Shown here: positions 48,431 to 59,345 of the stretch, piece by piece
How the letters are laid out: each line of letters begins with the position of its first letter
Position numbering within the stretch: position 1 is the first letter of the stretch
Origin: Gemmatimonadales bacterium
GTDB taxonomy: Bacteria; Gemmatimonadota; Gemmatimonadetes; Gemmatimonadales; GWC2-71-9
Reading direction: 5' to 3'
Length of the DNA stretch: 64,000 bases
Assembly (NCBI GenBank): GCA_965249575.1
Contig: OZ252244.1
Span: 1,792,001 to 1,856,000, forward strand
Program-made: the position numbers and the translations under genes
Notes under the pieces: generated by a model
The model's database searches: none
Told to the model about the DNA's origin: nothing
What the model saw: only the letters and a program-made list of their open reading frames with translations

Positions 48431-51257
48431 ATGGAGCTCCTCGCCCGCCTCAAAGCCGCCCTGTCTGACCGCTATGCCGTCGAAAGAGAGATCGGCCGCG
48501 GGGGTATGGCGGTCGTTTTCCTCGCTCGCGATCTCCGCCACGACCGGCAGGTTGCCCTCAAGGTCCTGAGCGAGGAGGTCGCCTCGGTTCTGGGAGCCAA
48601 GCGGTTTCTGGCCGAGATCGGCATCGCGGCGAGGCTCCAGCACCCACACATCCTCTCCTTGCTCGATTCCGGTGAGGTCGACGGGATCCCCTACTACGTC
48701 ATGCCGTACGTCGCGGGCGAGTCGCTGCGCCAGCGGCTCAACCGGGAAACACAGCTTCCTCTCGAGGTCGCCTTACAGATCGCGAGAGACGTCGCCGATG
48801 CGCTCGAGCACGCGCATTCGGAGGGCATCGTGCATCGCGATATCAAGCCCGAGAACATTCTGCTCTCGGGCTCGCAGGCGATCGTAGCAGACTTCGGTGT
48901 CGCTCGGGCACTGAGCGAAGCCGGCGGTGAGAGCCTCACCGACAGCGGCATCGCGATCGGCACGCCGAGGTACATGAGTCCAGAGCAGGCGGCTGGCAGC
49001 AAGCGCGTCGATGGCCGGAGCAACATCTACGCGCTGGGCTGCGTGCTCTACGAGATGCTGGCCGGCGAGCCGCCGTTCAGCGGCGCGACACCACAGGCAG
49101 TCATGGCGAAGCACGTCCACGAGCCGCCGCCGCCGCTCCGGATCGTGCGGCCCGGACTTCCCGAAGGCGTTCAGCAGGCCATCGAGCGAGCGCTGGCGAA
49201 GGTTCCGGCGGATCGATTCGAGTCTTGCGCCGACTTCCGCGACCAACTTGATGCCGGCGCGAGCCGCCCCCGTTCGAAGCGACGAACCCGATTTCAGTGG
49301 CCTCGCGTCGTGTTGATGTCCGGTCTGGGAGCGACCGTCCTTGCGTCACTCGCGACCCGCGCGCCGTTCGAATTCCTCGATCCCCACCGCGTCGTTGTGT
49401 ATCCGCTCGTCGTCTCGACCGATACCGATCGTGCCGAACGGGTGGGCGAGGGAATGGCGACCGTCATCGGCAACGCGCTCGACGGTGTCGGCTTTCTCAG
49501 ATGGCTCGACGGTTGGCGCTGGCTCGACCCCGCCGAGCGGGAGGACGTCCGGACCTTAACGGATGATAAGGCGCGCGCGATCGCCCGCGAGCGGGGTGCC
49601 GCGATGTATGTGGACGGCCGCGTCGTTCATCGGGGCGACTCATTAGAAGTCATGATGGAGCTGTATGACGTCAGGGGGGACTCTAGTATCGCTCGCGCGA
49701 GTGCCGTAGGGGCGGCCGAGGAATCGTGGCGACTCGCACTCCGCGCGGTGAGCAGCCTCTTGCCGACACTCATCCCGCCGGGACGCCAAATCGACCTCTC
49801 CTCCCTAAATGAAGTCCATCCCACGGCGGCCGCCCACTTCCTTCAGGGGGAATCCGAGTATCGACTGTCCCGGTTCGTCGACGCACTCGAGCATTACCGC
49901 GAAGCGGTTGCCGCCGATTCGACTTTCGCCCTGGCCGCGCGCCGGGGCGCGCAGGCTGCCAGCTGGAAGCTCAAGCGGGAGGAGGCGGCCCAACTCGTCG
50001 ATGTCGCACTCAACTCCCCCAACACCCTGAAGACCAGAGAGCTGTTGTTTGCCAGAGGGCTCGATGCCTACCTGGCGGCCAAGGCCGACGGCGCCGTGGA
50101 TTATTTGCGCCGCGCCTTACGCATCGATCCAGACTGGCCGGATGCTTGGATGGCATTGGGTGAGGTGTTCACGCACTTGTTGCCGCGGGAGCCCACGCCC
50201 GATTCGCAGGCGACGGCGGCGTTCGCCGAGGCCAGGCGCCTGGATCCTCAGTTCAGTCCGCCCCTGTTCCACCTGTTGGAAACCGCGATTCGACTGGGTG
50301 AAATCCAGAATGCCGAGGCGCTTTTGCGCGACTTCGAGCGAAGTGATCCGGATTCCACGATCGCCAAGCACATCGACATCATGTGGAACTGTGTAGCAGA
50401 AGGCCCCGAGAACGTTGGCTGGCGAGTTAGGGCGCAGACCATGCCTGGTGCCCTCAGCAGGCCGCCCGGTCGTTGACAGTAGGTGCATACCAACCCGCCT
50501 GCGCGGAAAAAGCTTGGCGTGCGGTACTTCAGCACGACACGGCACAGGGCGGCTTTCGGAGGTGGGGTCCGGTGCTCGGCCTCCAAAGTCTACTCGTCGC
50601 CCAGGGTCGCTACAACGACACCAGGCGGCTGCTTGACAGCGCAACGTCGGTGTGGTCATTACCGGCGGAGCCACTCTTCCTTCTCGGTGCACTCGCCGGG
50701 GGGAATTCGAGCGGGAGGCTGAGCATTGGGTACAACGGATGGGAACGGATTACGCGGATATGCCGAGTCCGTTCTTATGGATGATTGGGCTGTGGGAACA
50801 CCGCAGGGGGAACCGTGACGGATTGGAGGCCATTGGGGCCGTGTACGAGCGCCGGGCTGAAAGAGGCAGCCGGATGGATAGCGTACTGGGTTCGAGTGCC
50901 CGCGCACTCACCGCCCTCTCGAGCGGCGACACGGCCACCGCCATTGACATCCTGCAAGCAATCACACCTACCGCGCCACACCAACGTCTGATCTGGGATC
51001 CGTGGGAGTCATTGGGCCCTGAAAGGCTGTTGCTCGCGAAACTGCTGCTGAAGGATGGGTCCGCCGAAAAAGCCATGCAGGTCGCAAGCTATTTGGCATC
51101 ACCCGCGGCGCTGCCGTACGTGCACCATCTCCCGGCCAGTATCGCCGTGCGTTTGCAAGCCGCCGCACAGTTGGGGTTCGGTGCGCTGGTCGGGAGTCAG
51201 CGGAGGCGGTTGGCCACACTGAAAGGGCCGGACAGCGTCAACAGCGATAACCACTAA
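48431..51257 (+). CDS. Ser/Thr kinase with TM and TPR-rich C-terminus; frameshifts near 50452 and 50700
   Basis: GRGGMAVV, HRDIKPEN, DFG, GTPRYMSPEQ; TM segment; TPR repeats continue across frames 50473-50784 and 50652-51257. Confidence 0.88.
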
Positions 51258-51271
51258 CCGGGGGTCGAGCA

Positions 51272-51610
51272 ATGCCAGCGCTGAGAAAATGCAAGAATGC
51301 CCAAGGTCAAGCCGTAATTCTCACTGAGGACAAGGAAAGGGAAACACCAGCGAACAAGCCGTTTCAGACTCGCCCAGGCTCAGGCCTTTTCGTGAATGCC
51401 CTTCGCTTTGCAGTGTACTACCAGTTCTACGATCTCTACTGTTGGGGTACTAACGTCAGGAAAGTGCTGGTCGTTCTCGCGAAGTGCTGCCTCAATAAGG
51501 ATGACCCCACTTGGAAGCTGGAGACGGGCGACAGGGATCTTTTGGAAAGAGTCGTACAGGGTGGCTCCGAGGACGAGTACGATCCTCCGCCTCCGCCTTG
51601 GGGAGGGTGA
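51272..51610 (+). CDS. Hypothetical 112-aa protein
   Basis: Clean ORF 14 nt after the kinase stop; ends EDEYDPPPPPWGG; no family recognised. Confidence 0.7.
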   Translation: MPALRKCKNAQGQAVILTEDKERETPANKPFQTRPGSGLFVNALRFAVYYQFYDLYCWGTNVRKVLVVLAKCCLNKDDPTWKLETGDRDLLERVVQGGSEDEYDPPPPPWGG

Positions 51611-51665
51611 TCATCGGGGGTGGGCGCTGCACAAGTGAGAGCCTAGTGCACAGACTCCACGGTCT

Positions 51666-53520
51666 ATGACGCCCAGCCGTACGGTTCCCTTGGTCGTATT
51701 GGCAGCGCTATTCTCCGGCTCTGCTCCAACCTCCGTAGTGCCGGTCCACCCGATCGGGACCGAAGATCCCTTCGACATCATCCACTGGGTCGACCTCGTG
51801 GATGGAGCGCCCGTCGCCTCGTCGTCCCAATCACTTGCAGATGCCCGGCTCACGGCCTGCGCCTCCACAGAAGCCTCCTTCCGACACGGTCGCGTTGCTT
51901 CAGCCGGTTCCTGACCTGCTACAAGGACTGCAAGAATGGATCGGGGACGCGCCTGACACGACGATGGAGCTCGTTGTTATCCTGTTTGTGGATTCGATTA
52001 ATACACCTCGCCTACCGCGACCGACCATTTTCCAGCGCCAGAACCCCAACTCCGTTGACTCCGTGAGTAGCGCGGCCGAGTCGATCATCGATAGCATCGC
52101 CGCGCTCCGCACGCCGGCGTACGAGCGGATCGGAACAGAGCTTGCGGACAGGTACGGAGGCGAGGTAACCGAGACCTTCTGGATCACAAAGGCCGTTATT
52201 GCCCGGATGCCCATAGGCGGTATTAGAGCAATCGCCACTTGGCCAACCGTCATTTCGATTAGCCCGCTGGACGAGACCGCCATGCATACCGCGGCGGCGG
52301 CGGTTTCTGCTGGCTCAGTAGGGGAGGGTCGTCGCGAAATGGCGAGTGACTCATACAAGCCCATTGGCCCCGGCGGCGGGACCATTGGGTTAGTGGACCA
52401 GCTCCCAGATCTCAAACATGACCTTGTCAAGTCGCGCGTCACAAGTGCTCGCGACTGTCTGCTCAGCACGTGTCCGATCGACCCCGATCCGACGGCGAGC
52501 TTCTGCAACCATGGTACCAAGTCAGCCGCGGTCTTGAGTGGTGACGCTACGCTTGATCGCAATCGGGGGGTCACGGCGTTCCCGATACACGCGTGGAGCG
52601 TGTTCGAGAATGGAACGTTTCAGGGCCAGCGAGTGTGCAACCTCCGTAAGCACGCCGTTCTTCGTGCGCTCGCCCAAGTGCACGTCCTTGCGGACGTCGT
52701 TGTACTACCCTTTCAAATGCCTGCAGGAGCATCCAATCGTCACGACCACGTCGTCGCTGTACTGGCCGACAAGGCGTTCGACGCGGGCGCGGTCGTAATC
52801 GCAGCGGTGGGTAACGGTGGGAACAAGCCGAAGGTGGTTCCAGGGCTGGCGCACAAAGTCATTTCGGTGGGCGGGCACGTCGGCGGGGCCAGTATCATGA
52901 CCAACAACGGAGGCGTCTCGGAGGACGGTCGCGGCAAGCCCGACGTGCTTGCACCGACGAACAAGTCAATCGAGGGACTGTTGTTGCCGTTTACTCACTC
53001 AAGTGGCGCTACCGCTTTCGCAGGGGGCGCCGCAGCATTGCTGCGAATCTGGCTTGAGAAATACGGCGGAAGCACAGATCCCGGACAGACCTACGCGTAC
53101 ATGATTCTCTCAGGCCAACTTGCCACACAGGACGCCACTACCATCACGGATAACCGCGTCGGGGCAGGTCGCCTTCGCCTCCCGACAGACGGCCGCGTAT
53201 GGTGGGGGAAAATCGCAGTCAAACGCCGAGAGCAGGTGGGCATCCTGCTCAAGGTTCCCAAAAACGACGCGAACGCCTTCGACATTGCCCTCTGGTGGCC
53301 GGAAGGTGCGGCCGATCCTCACAGTGACATCGACGCCTATCTCATCGACGAGACCGGGCACGCCAGGGCGTCAGGAAGACTTAAGGGGAGCGTGTTCGAG
53401 CGGGCACGCCATCCCGATCCTCCCGATCCCGGGGACTGGAAGCTCTGCATTCATGGATTCGACGTGGAAGACAACAAATCACAGACGGTATACTGGGCGG
53501 CGGCTGCACTGGAGAGGTAG
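51666..53520 (+). CDS. Secreted S8 (subtilisin-like) peptidase, divergent; probable frameshift at about 51800-51900
   Basis: Signal peptide MTPSRTVPLVVLAALFSGSA in the upstream frame; GLVD, NHGT, AAVGN, KPDVLAP, HSSGAT. Confidence 0.78.
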
Positions 53521-53552
53521 ACCCACGTGGTCCCGATCCCGTTCCCAGTAGC

Positions 53553-54386
53553 CTAGCCCCCCAACTCCGCCACCAGCTCCGCCCCGCTCCCGGGCCGCTT
53601 CTTCGTCTTTTTTTCCAGGGCCCGGGCCACCGCGCGGTCGACACTTTTGGAGATTGCGGGGTCGGTGCTGCGGAGCGAGGCGGGTCGCTGGCGTACCTGG
53701 CGGGTGAGCACTGCAAACGGGGTCGGGCCGCTGAACGGCGGCTCGCCCGCCAGCATCTCGTAGAGCACGCACCCGAGCGCGTAGATGTCGGCCGCGCCCG
53801 TGATGTCGGGCTGCGACGTCGCCTGCTCGGGACTCATGTAGCTCGGCGTGCCAATCACCAAGCCGGTGGACGAGAGCTTCTCACCACCGGCAATGACGAC
53901 CGCCCGCGCAACGCCGAAATCGCAGACGATCGTCCGCTCCCCATCGAAGATGATGTTCTCGGGCTTAATGTCGCGGTGTATGACGTCGTGCGCGTGCGCA
54001 TGATCGACAGCTTCCGCAACGTCCCGGGTGATGGCAACCGCCTCCTCGACGGGTAGCCGCCCCTCACGCTCGAGCCGGCCGCGCAACGACTCCCCCCTCG
54101 CAAACGGCATCACGAAATACAGTTGTTGCGCTGCGTCGCCGGATTCGTAGACGGGGAGAATGCTCGGGTGATCCAACTCCTTGAGGATCTCCACCTCGAG
54201 GTGGAAGCGCCGCGCCATGACCGAAAACGCCAGCTCTGGCCGGAGCACCTTGATCGCCACCTCGCGATCGCCTTCCAGGTCGAGGGCGTGGTAGACCGTG
54301 GCCATGCCGCCCCGCCCGATCATTTCCTGGACGCGATAGCGGCCCTCTAGCGCCGCCCTGCTTTCCTCGAGTGCCCGATCGGTCAC
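53553..54386 (-). CDS. Ser/Thr protein kinase, catalytic domain only
   Basis: GRGGMATV, HRDIKPEN, DFG, GTPSYMSPEQ, ADIYALG. Confidence 0.92.
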   Translation of the reverse strand: MTDRALEESRAALEGRYRVQEMIGRGGMATVYHALDLEGDREVAIKVLRPELAFSVMARRFHLEVEILKELDHPSILPVYESGDAAQQLYFVMPFARGESLRGRLEREGRLPVEEAVAITRDVAEAVDHAHAHDVIHRDIKPENIIFDGERTIVCDFGVARAVVIAGGEKLSSTGLVIGTPSYMSPEQATSQPDITGAADIYALGCVLYEMLAGEPPFSGPTPFAVLTRQVRQRPASLRSTDPAISKSVDRAVARALEKKTKKRPGSGAELVAELGG

Positions 54387-54399
54387 CAAACCTCATGGG

Positions 54400-54488
54400 T
54401 CATTGAGCATTGAAAACATTGAACAATGCACAATGAACAAGGACTAAGGACCGACGCTCGATGACCAATGTTCAGTGACTAGTGACTC
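54400..54488. repeat. Degenerate heptamer repeats
   Basis: cattgag cattgaa; caatgca caatgaa caaggac taaggac; agtgact agtgact. Confidence 0.6.
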
Positions 54489-56522
54489 CTAACCAATCAC
54501 CGCGAACTCCGGCTCCCATGCGGTGATGTACCCCGCCACGGCGCTGGCGGCGGTGGTGTAGGGACTGGCAAGATAGAGCTGCCCCGGGCCGGATCGGCCC
54601 GGGAAGTTGCGGTTGATTGCGCTAATGGTCACGGTCTCCCGATCGTAAGAGACCCCGGGGCCCGCGTTGATGCAGGCGCCGCAGGAGGGTTCGATGAACT
54701 CAGCACCCACATCGCGGAACACCTCGAGATATCCCTGCTCCCCGCAGTAGCGCTTGACCTCCTGCGAGCCACACTGCACGTAACACTTCACATCTGCGTG
54801 AACCCGCCGTCCGGCATCCAGCGCGGCCTTGAAGACCCGCGCGTACATGTCCATGTCGGATTTCTTCCCGGCCGTGCACGAGCCCGCGTAGGCGATGTCG
54901 ACCTTCACCTGGCCGCCCAGCTCCGCGATGAACAGACCGTTGCCGGGGTCTCCCGGTAGCGCGACCATCGGCCTCAACTCCGCGGCGTCCAACTCGATCA
55001 CGGTCTCGTACTCGGCGTCTTCGTCGGAGGATAGTCCCTCCAGCAGCGGACGCACGTCCTGTGGCGGGGCGCCTCGCTCGCGAGCCAGGAACTCGACGGC
55101 TTTCTCGTCTGGACGAACGATGCCGGTGAACGCGCCGACCTCAGCCGCCATGTTGGTCATCGTGGCACGCTCGTCGATCGAGAGGTCCTGCACCGCTTCA
55201 CCGGCATACTCCACGATCTTGCCGATCGCATGGCCGTTCTTGACGTACGGCTGCCTCAAGATCTGCAGCATGAAGTCCTTGGCGGTGATGTTCTCCGGCC
55301 GCTGCCCGTCCACCCTGACCAACACCGACGGCGGGACCTTGAGGCGGACGTCCTTCGTGAGCCAGGAGTTGAAGATGGCCGTGGTTCCGACGCCAAAGGC
55401 GACGCTCCCGATGGCGCCGGCATGCGGCGTGTGGGAGTCGCTCCCAATGATCAGTTGTCCCGGGAGCGCGTGCTGCTCGAGGATCTTCGAATGGCAGATC
55501 GCCTCCGACCCCCGCACGATCTCGTTCCGGCCAACGCGGGGCAGCTCTCCGTACAACTTCACACCCTGTCGTTTTGCAAACTCCTCCTGCTTTCGCTTGA
55601 GCTCGAGCGCCACGTCGAGTAGCCCGTCGGCCTTGCGCTCGTCCGTCATGGCCAGCTCGAGGAACGTTAGATGGTCCCGGAACAAGAACACGGAGTCCGG
55701 ATCGATGATGCGCTCGTTTTCTCCCACGTTGTCCCGCCAGAAAATCGCCGCCATCGGAGTGACGTATTCGTGACTGAACCGAACATCCGTGCGAACGAAC
55801 CCCTCATCACCCGGCTTGACGTACGGAACTCCAATCGCATCCTGTGAAAGATCCACCACCCAGTGTCGCGCGATGATCTTTTCACCGAGGGTCATCGGCC
55901 GCTTCGCGGTGGTGACCGCCGGCGGGCGGACCTTGCCCTGGATGCGCGCGACGTTGTACTGGAAAAGACCGCCGTGTTCGATGATGCCCACAGTGATCTC
56001 CCCCTCGTTCGCCGTAAACTCGGACAGCGGGATCTCTTCACCCCCACCGATTCGATCGATGAGCGAGAAATCGGTGCTCGTCAGGACGCCGAGATTCTGA
56101 CAATTCTCCCTGTAAATGCGCTCGATGCTCTCAGCAATCACTAGACGAATGCCCGCGCACATTTCAGCGTATGGGGACTGCTCGCGAGACGACCCTTTGC
56201 CACGGCGTTTGCCGCTCACCGAGCACACGAACCCGCCGGCCTTTACGATTCCACGAGTGATCGGGAACTCTTCTCCAGCCTTGAGTCCGAGGTAGGGAAA
56301 TTCTCCGAGCGTCTCGTCGTAGTAGTAGCAGATGTACGCGGGAGTGATCTCGTCGGTCGAGATGTTGTCGCGCAACGTGCAGGAAACCGGCCACGAGAGG
56401 TCCTCCCCGTCGAGCTGCCTCCGCACGAGGTCGGCGTCATCTACGAGGTACAGCACCCGGCCAGCGAAGCGCACGGAGCTCGGCCGACGCTCGATGGATC
56501 GGTGTTTGAGACTGTCAATCAT
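54489..56522 (-). CDS. Aconitase/isopropylmalate dehydratase family protein, swivel domain fused N-terminal to the large domain
   Basis: DNISTDEI and GSSREQ (swivel), then DH, DSHT, GSCT, CGACI, NRNFPGR, LASP. Confidence 0.9.
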   Translation of the reverse strand: MIDSLKHRSIERRPSSVRFAGRVLYLVDDADLVRRQLDGEDLSWPVSCTLRDNISTDEITPAYICYYYDETLGEFPYLGLKAGEEFPITRGIVKAGGFVCSVSGKRRGKGSSREQSPYAEMCAGIRLVIAESIERIYRENCQNLGVLTSTDFSLIDRIGGGEEIPLSEFTANEGEITVGIIEHGGLFQYNVARIQGKVRPPAVTTAKRPMTLGEKIIARHWVVDLSQDAIGVPYVKPGDEGFVRTDVRFSHEYVTPMAAIFWRDNVGENERIIDPDSVFLFRDHLTFLELAMTDERKADGLLDVALELKRKQEEFAKRQGVKLYGELPRVGRNEIVRGSEAICHSKILEQHALPGQLIIGSDSHTPHAGAIGSVAFGVGTTAIFNSWLTKDVRLKVPPSVLVRVDGQRPENITAKDFMLQILRQPYVKNGHAIGKIVEYAGEAVQDLSIDERATMTNMAAEVGAFTGIVRPDEKAVEFLARERGAPPQDVRPLLEGLSSDEDAEYETVIELDAAELRPMVALPGDPGNGLFIAELGGQVKVDIAYAGSCTAGKKSDMDMYARVFKAALDAGRRVHADVKCYVQCGSQEVKRYCGEQGYLEVFRDVGAEFIEPSCGACINAGPGVSYDRETVTISAINRNFPGRSGPGQLYLASPYTTAASAVAGYITAWEPEFAVIG

Positions 56523-56583
56523 GACCGAAAGTTGCCGGCTCCCTGCCAGCAAGGCAAGCTGATCGCTACAATACTGATTACCA

Positions 56584-57567
56584 ATGCCTACTGTTCGGTA
56601 CCACCGCGATCCAGGTAGGATTCGCGAGAAGCGGCCGAGGCCGGTTCCCTTCGCGCGCCTGGCGGCTCTGGCGGTCACTGGAATGAGCTGCCTGCTCACC
56701 GGGACGGCCGAGGCCACCGGCGCGTGGGTGCAATCGCCTACCGTGGCTACCCTCGAGCGCAGTGGACTGCTCCGTTCCGAGGCGCTGGACGAAAGCTCCG
56801 GCCTTGCGGTGAGTCGACAGCATCCCGGCATTCTCTGGACGCATAACGACTCCGGGAGTGACCCGTTTGTTTTCGCGATCAACCTGAAAGGAGAATTGCT
56901 GGGAGGCTACCATATCGCCGCTACCGCGTCCGTAGATTGGGAGGACATTGCGCTGGGCCGTTGCCCGTGGAGTGAGGCGGACTGCCTTTATGTCGCGGAT
57001 ACCGGTGACAACTCGGAAAAGCGGGACAGCGTGGCCATCTACGCGTTCCGCGAACCCGAGCCGCCTGGCGCCGGAGTCTCGCCGCGCGTCGCCAGCGCCC
57101 GGAGGCTGACCGTCAGATACCCCGATCGCCCGCACGACGTCGAGTCGCTCGCGATCACCCCGAACGGGAACCTCACGCTCTTCACCAAGGGATGGAGGGG
57201 TGGAATCATTCGATTCGAGATAGCGCGAGCGGCGTGGCACGAAGGCTCGACCACGGCCCGTATGATCGACACACTCGACATCGTCCCTCAGTTCCCACTC
57301 GGCAGGCTGGCCACGGGTGCAGCCATATCTCCAAGCGGTAACCGGCTCGTCATTCGGACGTACACGGAACTGTACTTTTTCAGCCGTTCGGCGAATAATG
57401 GCCTTGTGGCCGACGGCGCCCCCTGCTGGCTGGGCGCCATCGAGCCGCAGGGCGAGGCGGTGGATTTCTTAGACGAGGGGACGGTCGTTCTCACGAGCGA
57501 GTCGCAGGGGGGGACCCCCGGACCAGTGTACCTGGCCACCTGCCCGACGTCGGCGGAGAGCCGGTGA
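56584..57567 (+). CDS. Secreted beta-propeller hypothetical protein
   Basis: ESSGL, WTHNDSG, DWED, ADTGDN, DVES, RTY, QGEA. Confidence 0.8.
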   Translation: MPTVRYHRDPGRIREKRPRPVPFARLAALAVTGMSCLLTGTAEATGAWVQSPTVATLERSGLLRSEALDESSGLAVSRQHPGILWTHNDSGSDPFVFAINLKGELLGGYHIAATASVDWEDIALGRCPWSEADCLYVADTGDNSEKRDSVAIYAFREPEPPGAGVSPRVASARRLTVRYPDRPHDVESLAITPNGNLTLFTKGWRGGIIRFEIARAAWHEGSTTARMIDTLDIVPQFPLGRLATGAAISPSGNRLVIRTYTELYFFSRSANNGLVADGAPCWLGAIEPQGEAVDFLDEGTVVLTSESQGGTPGPVYLATCPTSAESR

Positions 57568-59246
57568 GTAGTCGAGCGCCCGGTGCAACAAGAGTATTTT
57601 TCGCCGCTGCACTCGGACTGCTTGCGTTAGGCCCCGCTTCGCGCAGCCTCCGGGGACAGGCGCCTCCACATCCCAGCCGGGCGCTCGACATTCCCACCAC
57701 CGACATGCTGCGAAGTCATCTGCGGTTCTTGTCGCACGATCTGCTCGATGGTCGGGCGCCCGGCACTCGGGGCGGCCAGCTCGCCGCCCATTACATCGCC
57801 GCGCAGTTCGAGGCGCTCGGCCTTGAGCCGGGTGGCGCAGGCGATTCGTACTTCCAACGGGTGCCCCTCGTGGCGATCACGCCGGAGCCGTCGCTGGTGG
57901 TCGGCTCGCGCGGCCGGACGATGAGTCTCAGCCTGTTCGACGATTTCGTTGCATGGCCGGAGGTACCCGATTCGGTGGTGATCGCTGACGGGGAGTTGGT
58001 GTTCGTCGGCTACGGTATAACCGCGCCCGAATGGAATTGGGACGATTACGAAGGGACGCTCCTGACCGGCAAGATCGTGGTCGCGTTGGTGAACGATCCC
58101 GGATTCACCGACTCGACTGTATTCCGCGGCAAGGCGCTCACCTACTACGGGCGCTGGACTTACAAGCTCGAGCAAGCGGCGCGCATGGGCGCGGTTGGCG
58201 TGTTGTTGGTACATACCGCCGCCAGCACCGGCTACCCGTGGAGCGTTGTACGGAGTTCATGGGCGGGCGAACAACTCCAACCTGCGGGGAAGCCGCCGGG
58301 CAGCCTGCGGTTCGCGGGATGGATAACCGAGGCAGCCGCTCGCCGCATTTTGCGAGCCGCAGGGCGGGACTACGAAGCGATGCGGAGGCGAGCAGGTTTT
58401 GCGGCCTTCAAGCCCATGGCTGTCGGCGCCAACGTGGCGATACACATCACGAGCGCCGTGAGAACCGTCGATGCCGCAAATGTCGTCGGCATCCTGTCCG
58501 GAGTTGATCCGGGGATGCGCTCGCAAGCGGTCGTCTACACATCCCACTACGATCACAAGGGAATAGGCCCCCCGGTACGCGGGGACTCCATCTATAACGG
58601 AGCTTGGGACAACGCGTCAGGAGTCGCCGCGCTGCTCGCGACGGCCGCTGGCTTCACGGGTGCCGATACCGCTCCGGGACGTTCCATCGTCTTCTTCGCC
58701 ACCGCGGCAGAAGAAGCTGGCCTGCTCGGGTCGCGCACCTATGTGGCAGATCCCGCGGTGCCATTAGCAGAGACCGCGGCGGTCATCAACATCGATGGCG
58801 CGAACTTGCTGGGAGCGACCGAGGACGCAGTGGCCGTGGGAGCGGACCAGTCTACCCTTGGTGTGGTCTTCGAGACTCAGGCGCGGGCGGAAGGACTTGC
58901 GGTATCGCCGGACCCGCGCCCGGAAAGCGGGGGCTTTTTCCGTTCGGATCAACTGCCGTTCGCCCGAGCTGGGGTGCCCGCCCTGTCGATACGCCCCGGG
59001 ACGACGTTCGTCGGCCGCGCACCGGGATGGGGAGAGGAGCGGTACAGGGAATTCACTGCTCGGCATTACCACCAGCCAAGCGACGAGTGGCGGCCGGGTT
59101 TCTCCTATGACGGCGCCCTCCAGCAGGTGCGTCTGATGATCCGGCTGGGCTGGGCCATCGGCACTTCGCCGGACCTGCCAACCTGGCTTCCAGACTCGGA
59201 ATACGCAGCAGCAGGCCGAAAGCTGCGGGCAGGCCGCCGGCCGTAG
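57564..59246 (+). CDS. M28 family peptidase
   Basis: SHYDH, NGAWDNASG, AEEAGLLGS, NID, RSDQ, YHQPSD. Confidence 0.93.
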   Translation: MSSRAPGATRVFFAAALGLLALGPASRSLRGQAPPHPSRALDIPTTDMLRSHLRFLSHDLLDGRAPGTRGGQLAAHYIAAQFEALGLEPGGAGDSYFQRVPLVAITPEPSLVVGSRGRTMSLSLFDDFVAWPEVPDSVVIADGELVFVGYGITAPEWNWDDYEGTLLTGKIVVALVNDPGFTDSTVFRGKALTYYGRWTYKLEQAARMGAVGVLLVHTAASTGYPWSVVRSSWAGEQLQPAGKPPGSLRFAGWITEAAARRILRAAGRDYEAMRRRAGFAAFKPMAVGANVAIHITSAVRTVDAANVVGILSGVDPGMRSQAVVYTSHYDHKGIGPPVRGDSIYNGAWDNASGVAALLATAAGFTGADTAPGRSIVFFATAAEEAGLLGSRTYVADPAVPLAETAAVINIDGANLLGATEDAVAVGADQSTLGVVFETQARAEGLAVSPDPRPESGGFFRSDQLPFARAGVPALSIRPGTTFVGRAPGWGEERYREFTARHYHQPSDEWRPGFSYDGALQQVRLMIRLGWAIGTSPDLPTWLPDSEYAAAGRKLRAGRRP

Positions 59247-59345
59247 CCGGTGAATCCCACCAAAGAGGGGTGGCCCGAAGCGCTCGAATCCGCTAAGTTG
59301 CCGCGCCTTTTTTAACGCCTCATACTAGACCGACCGGAGGCGCCA

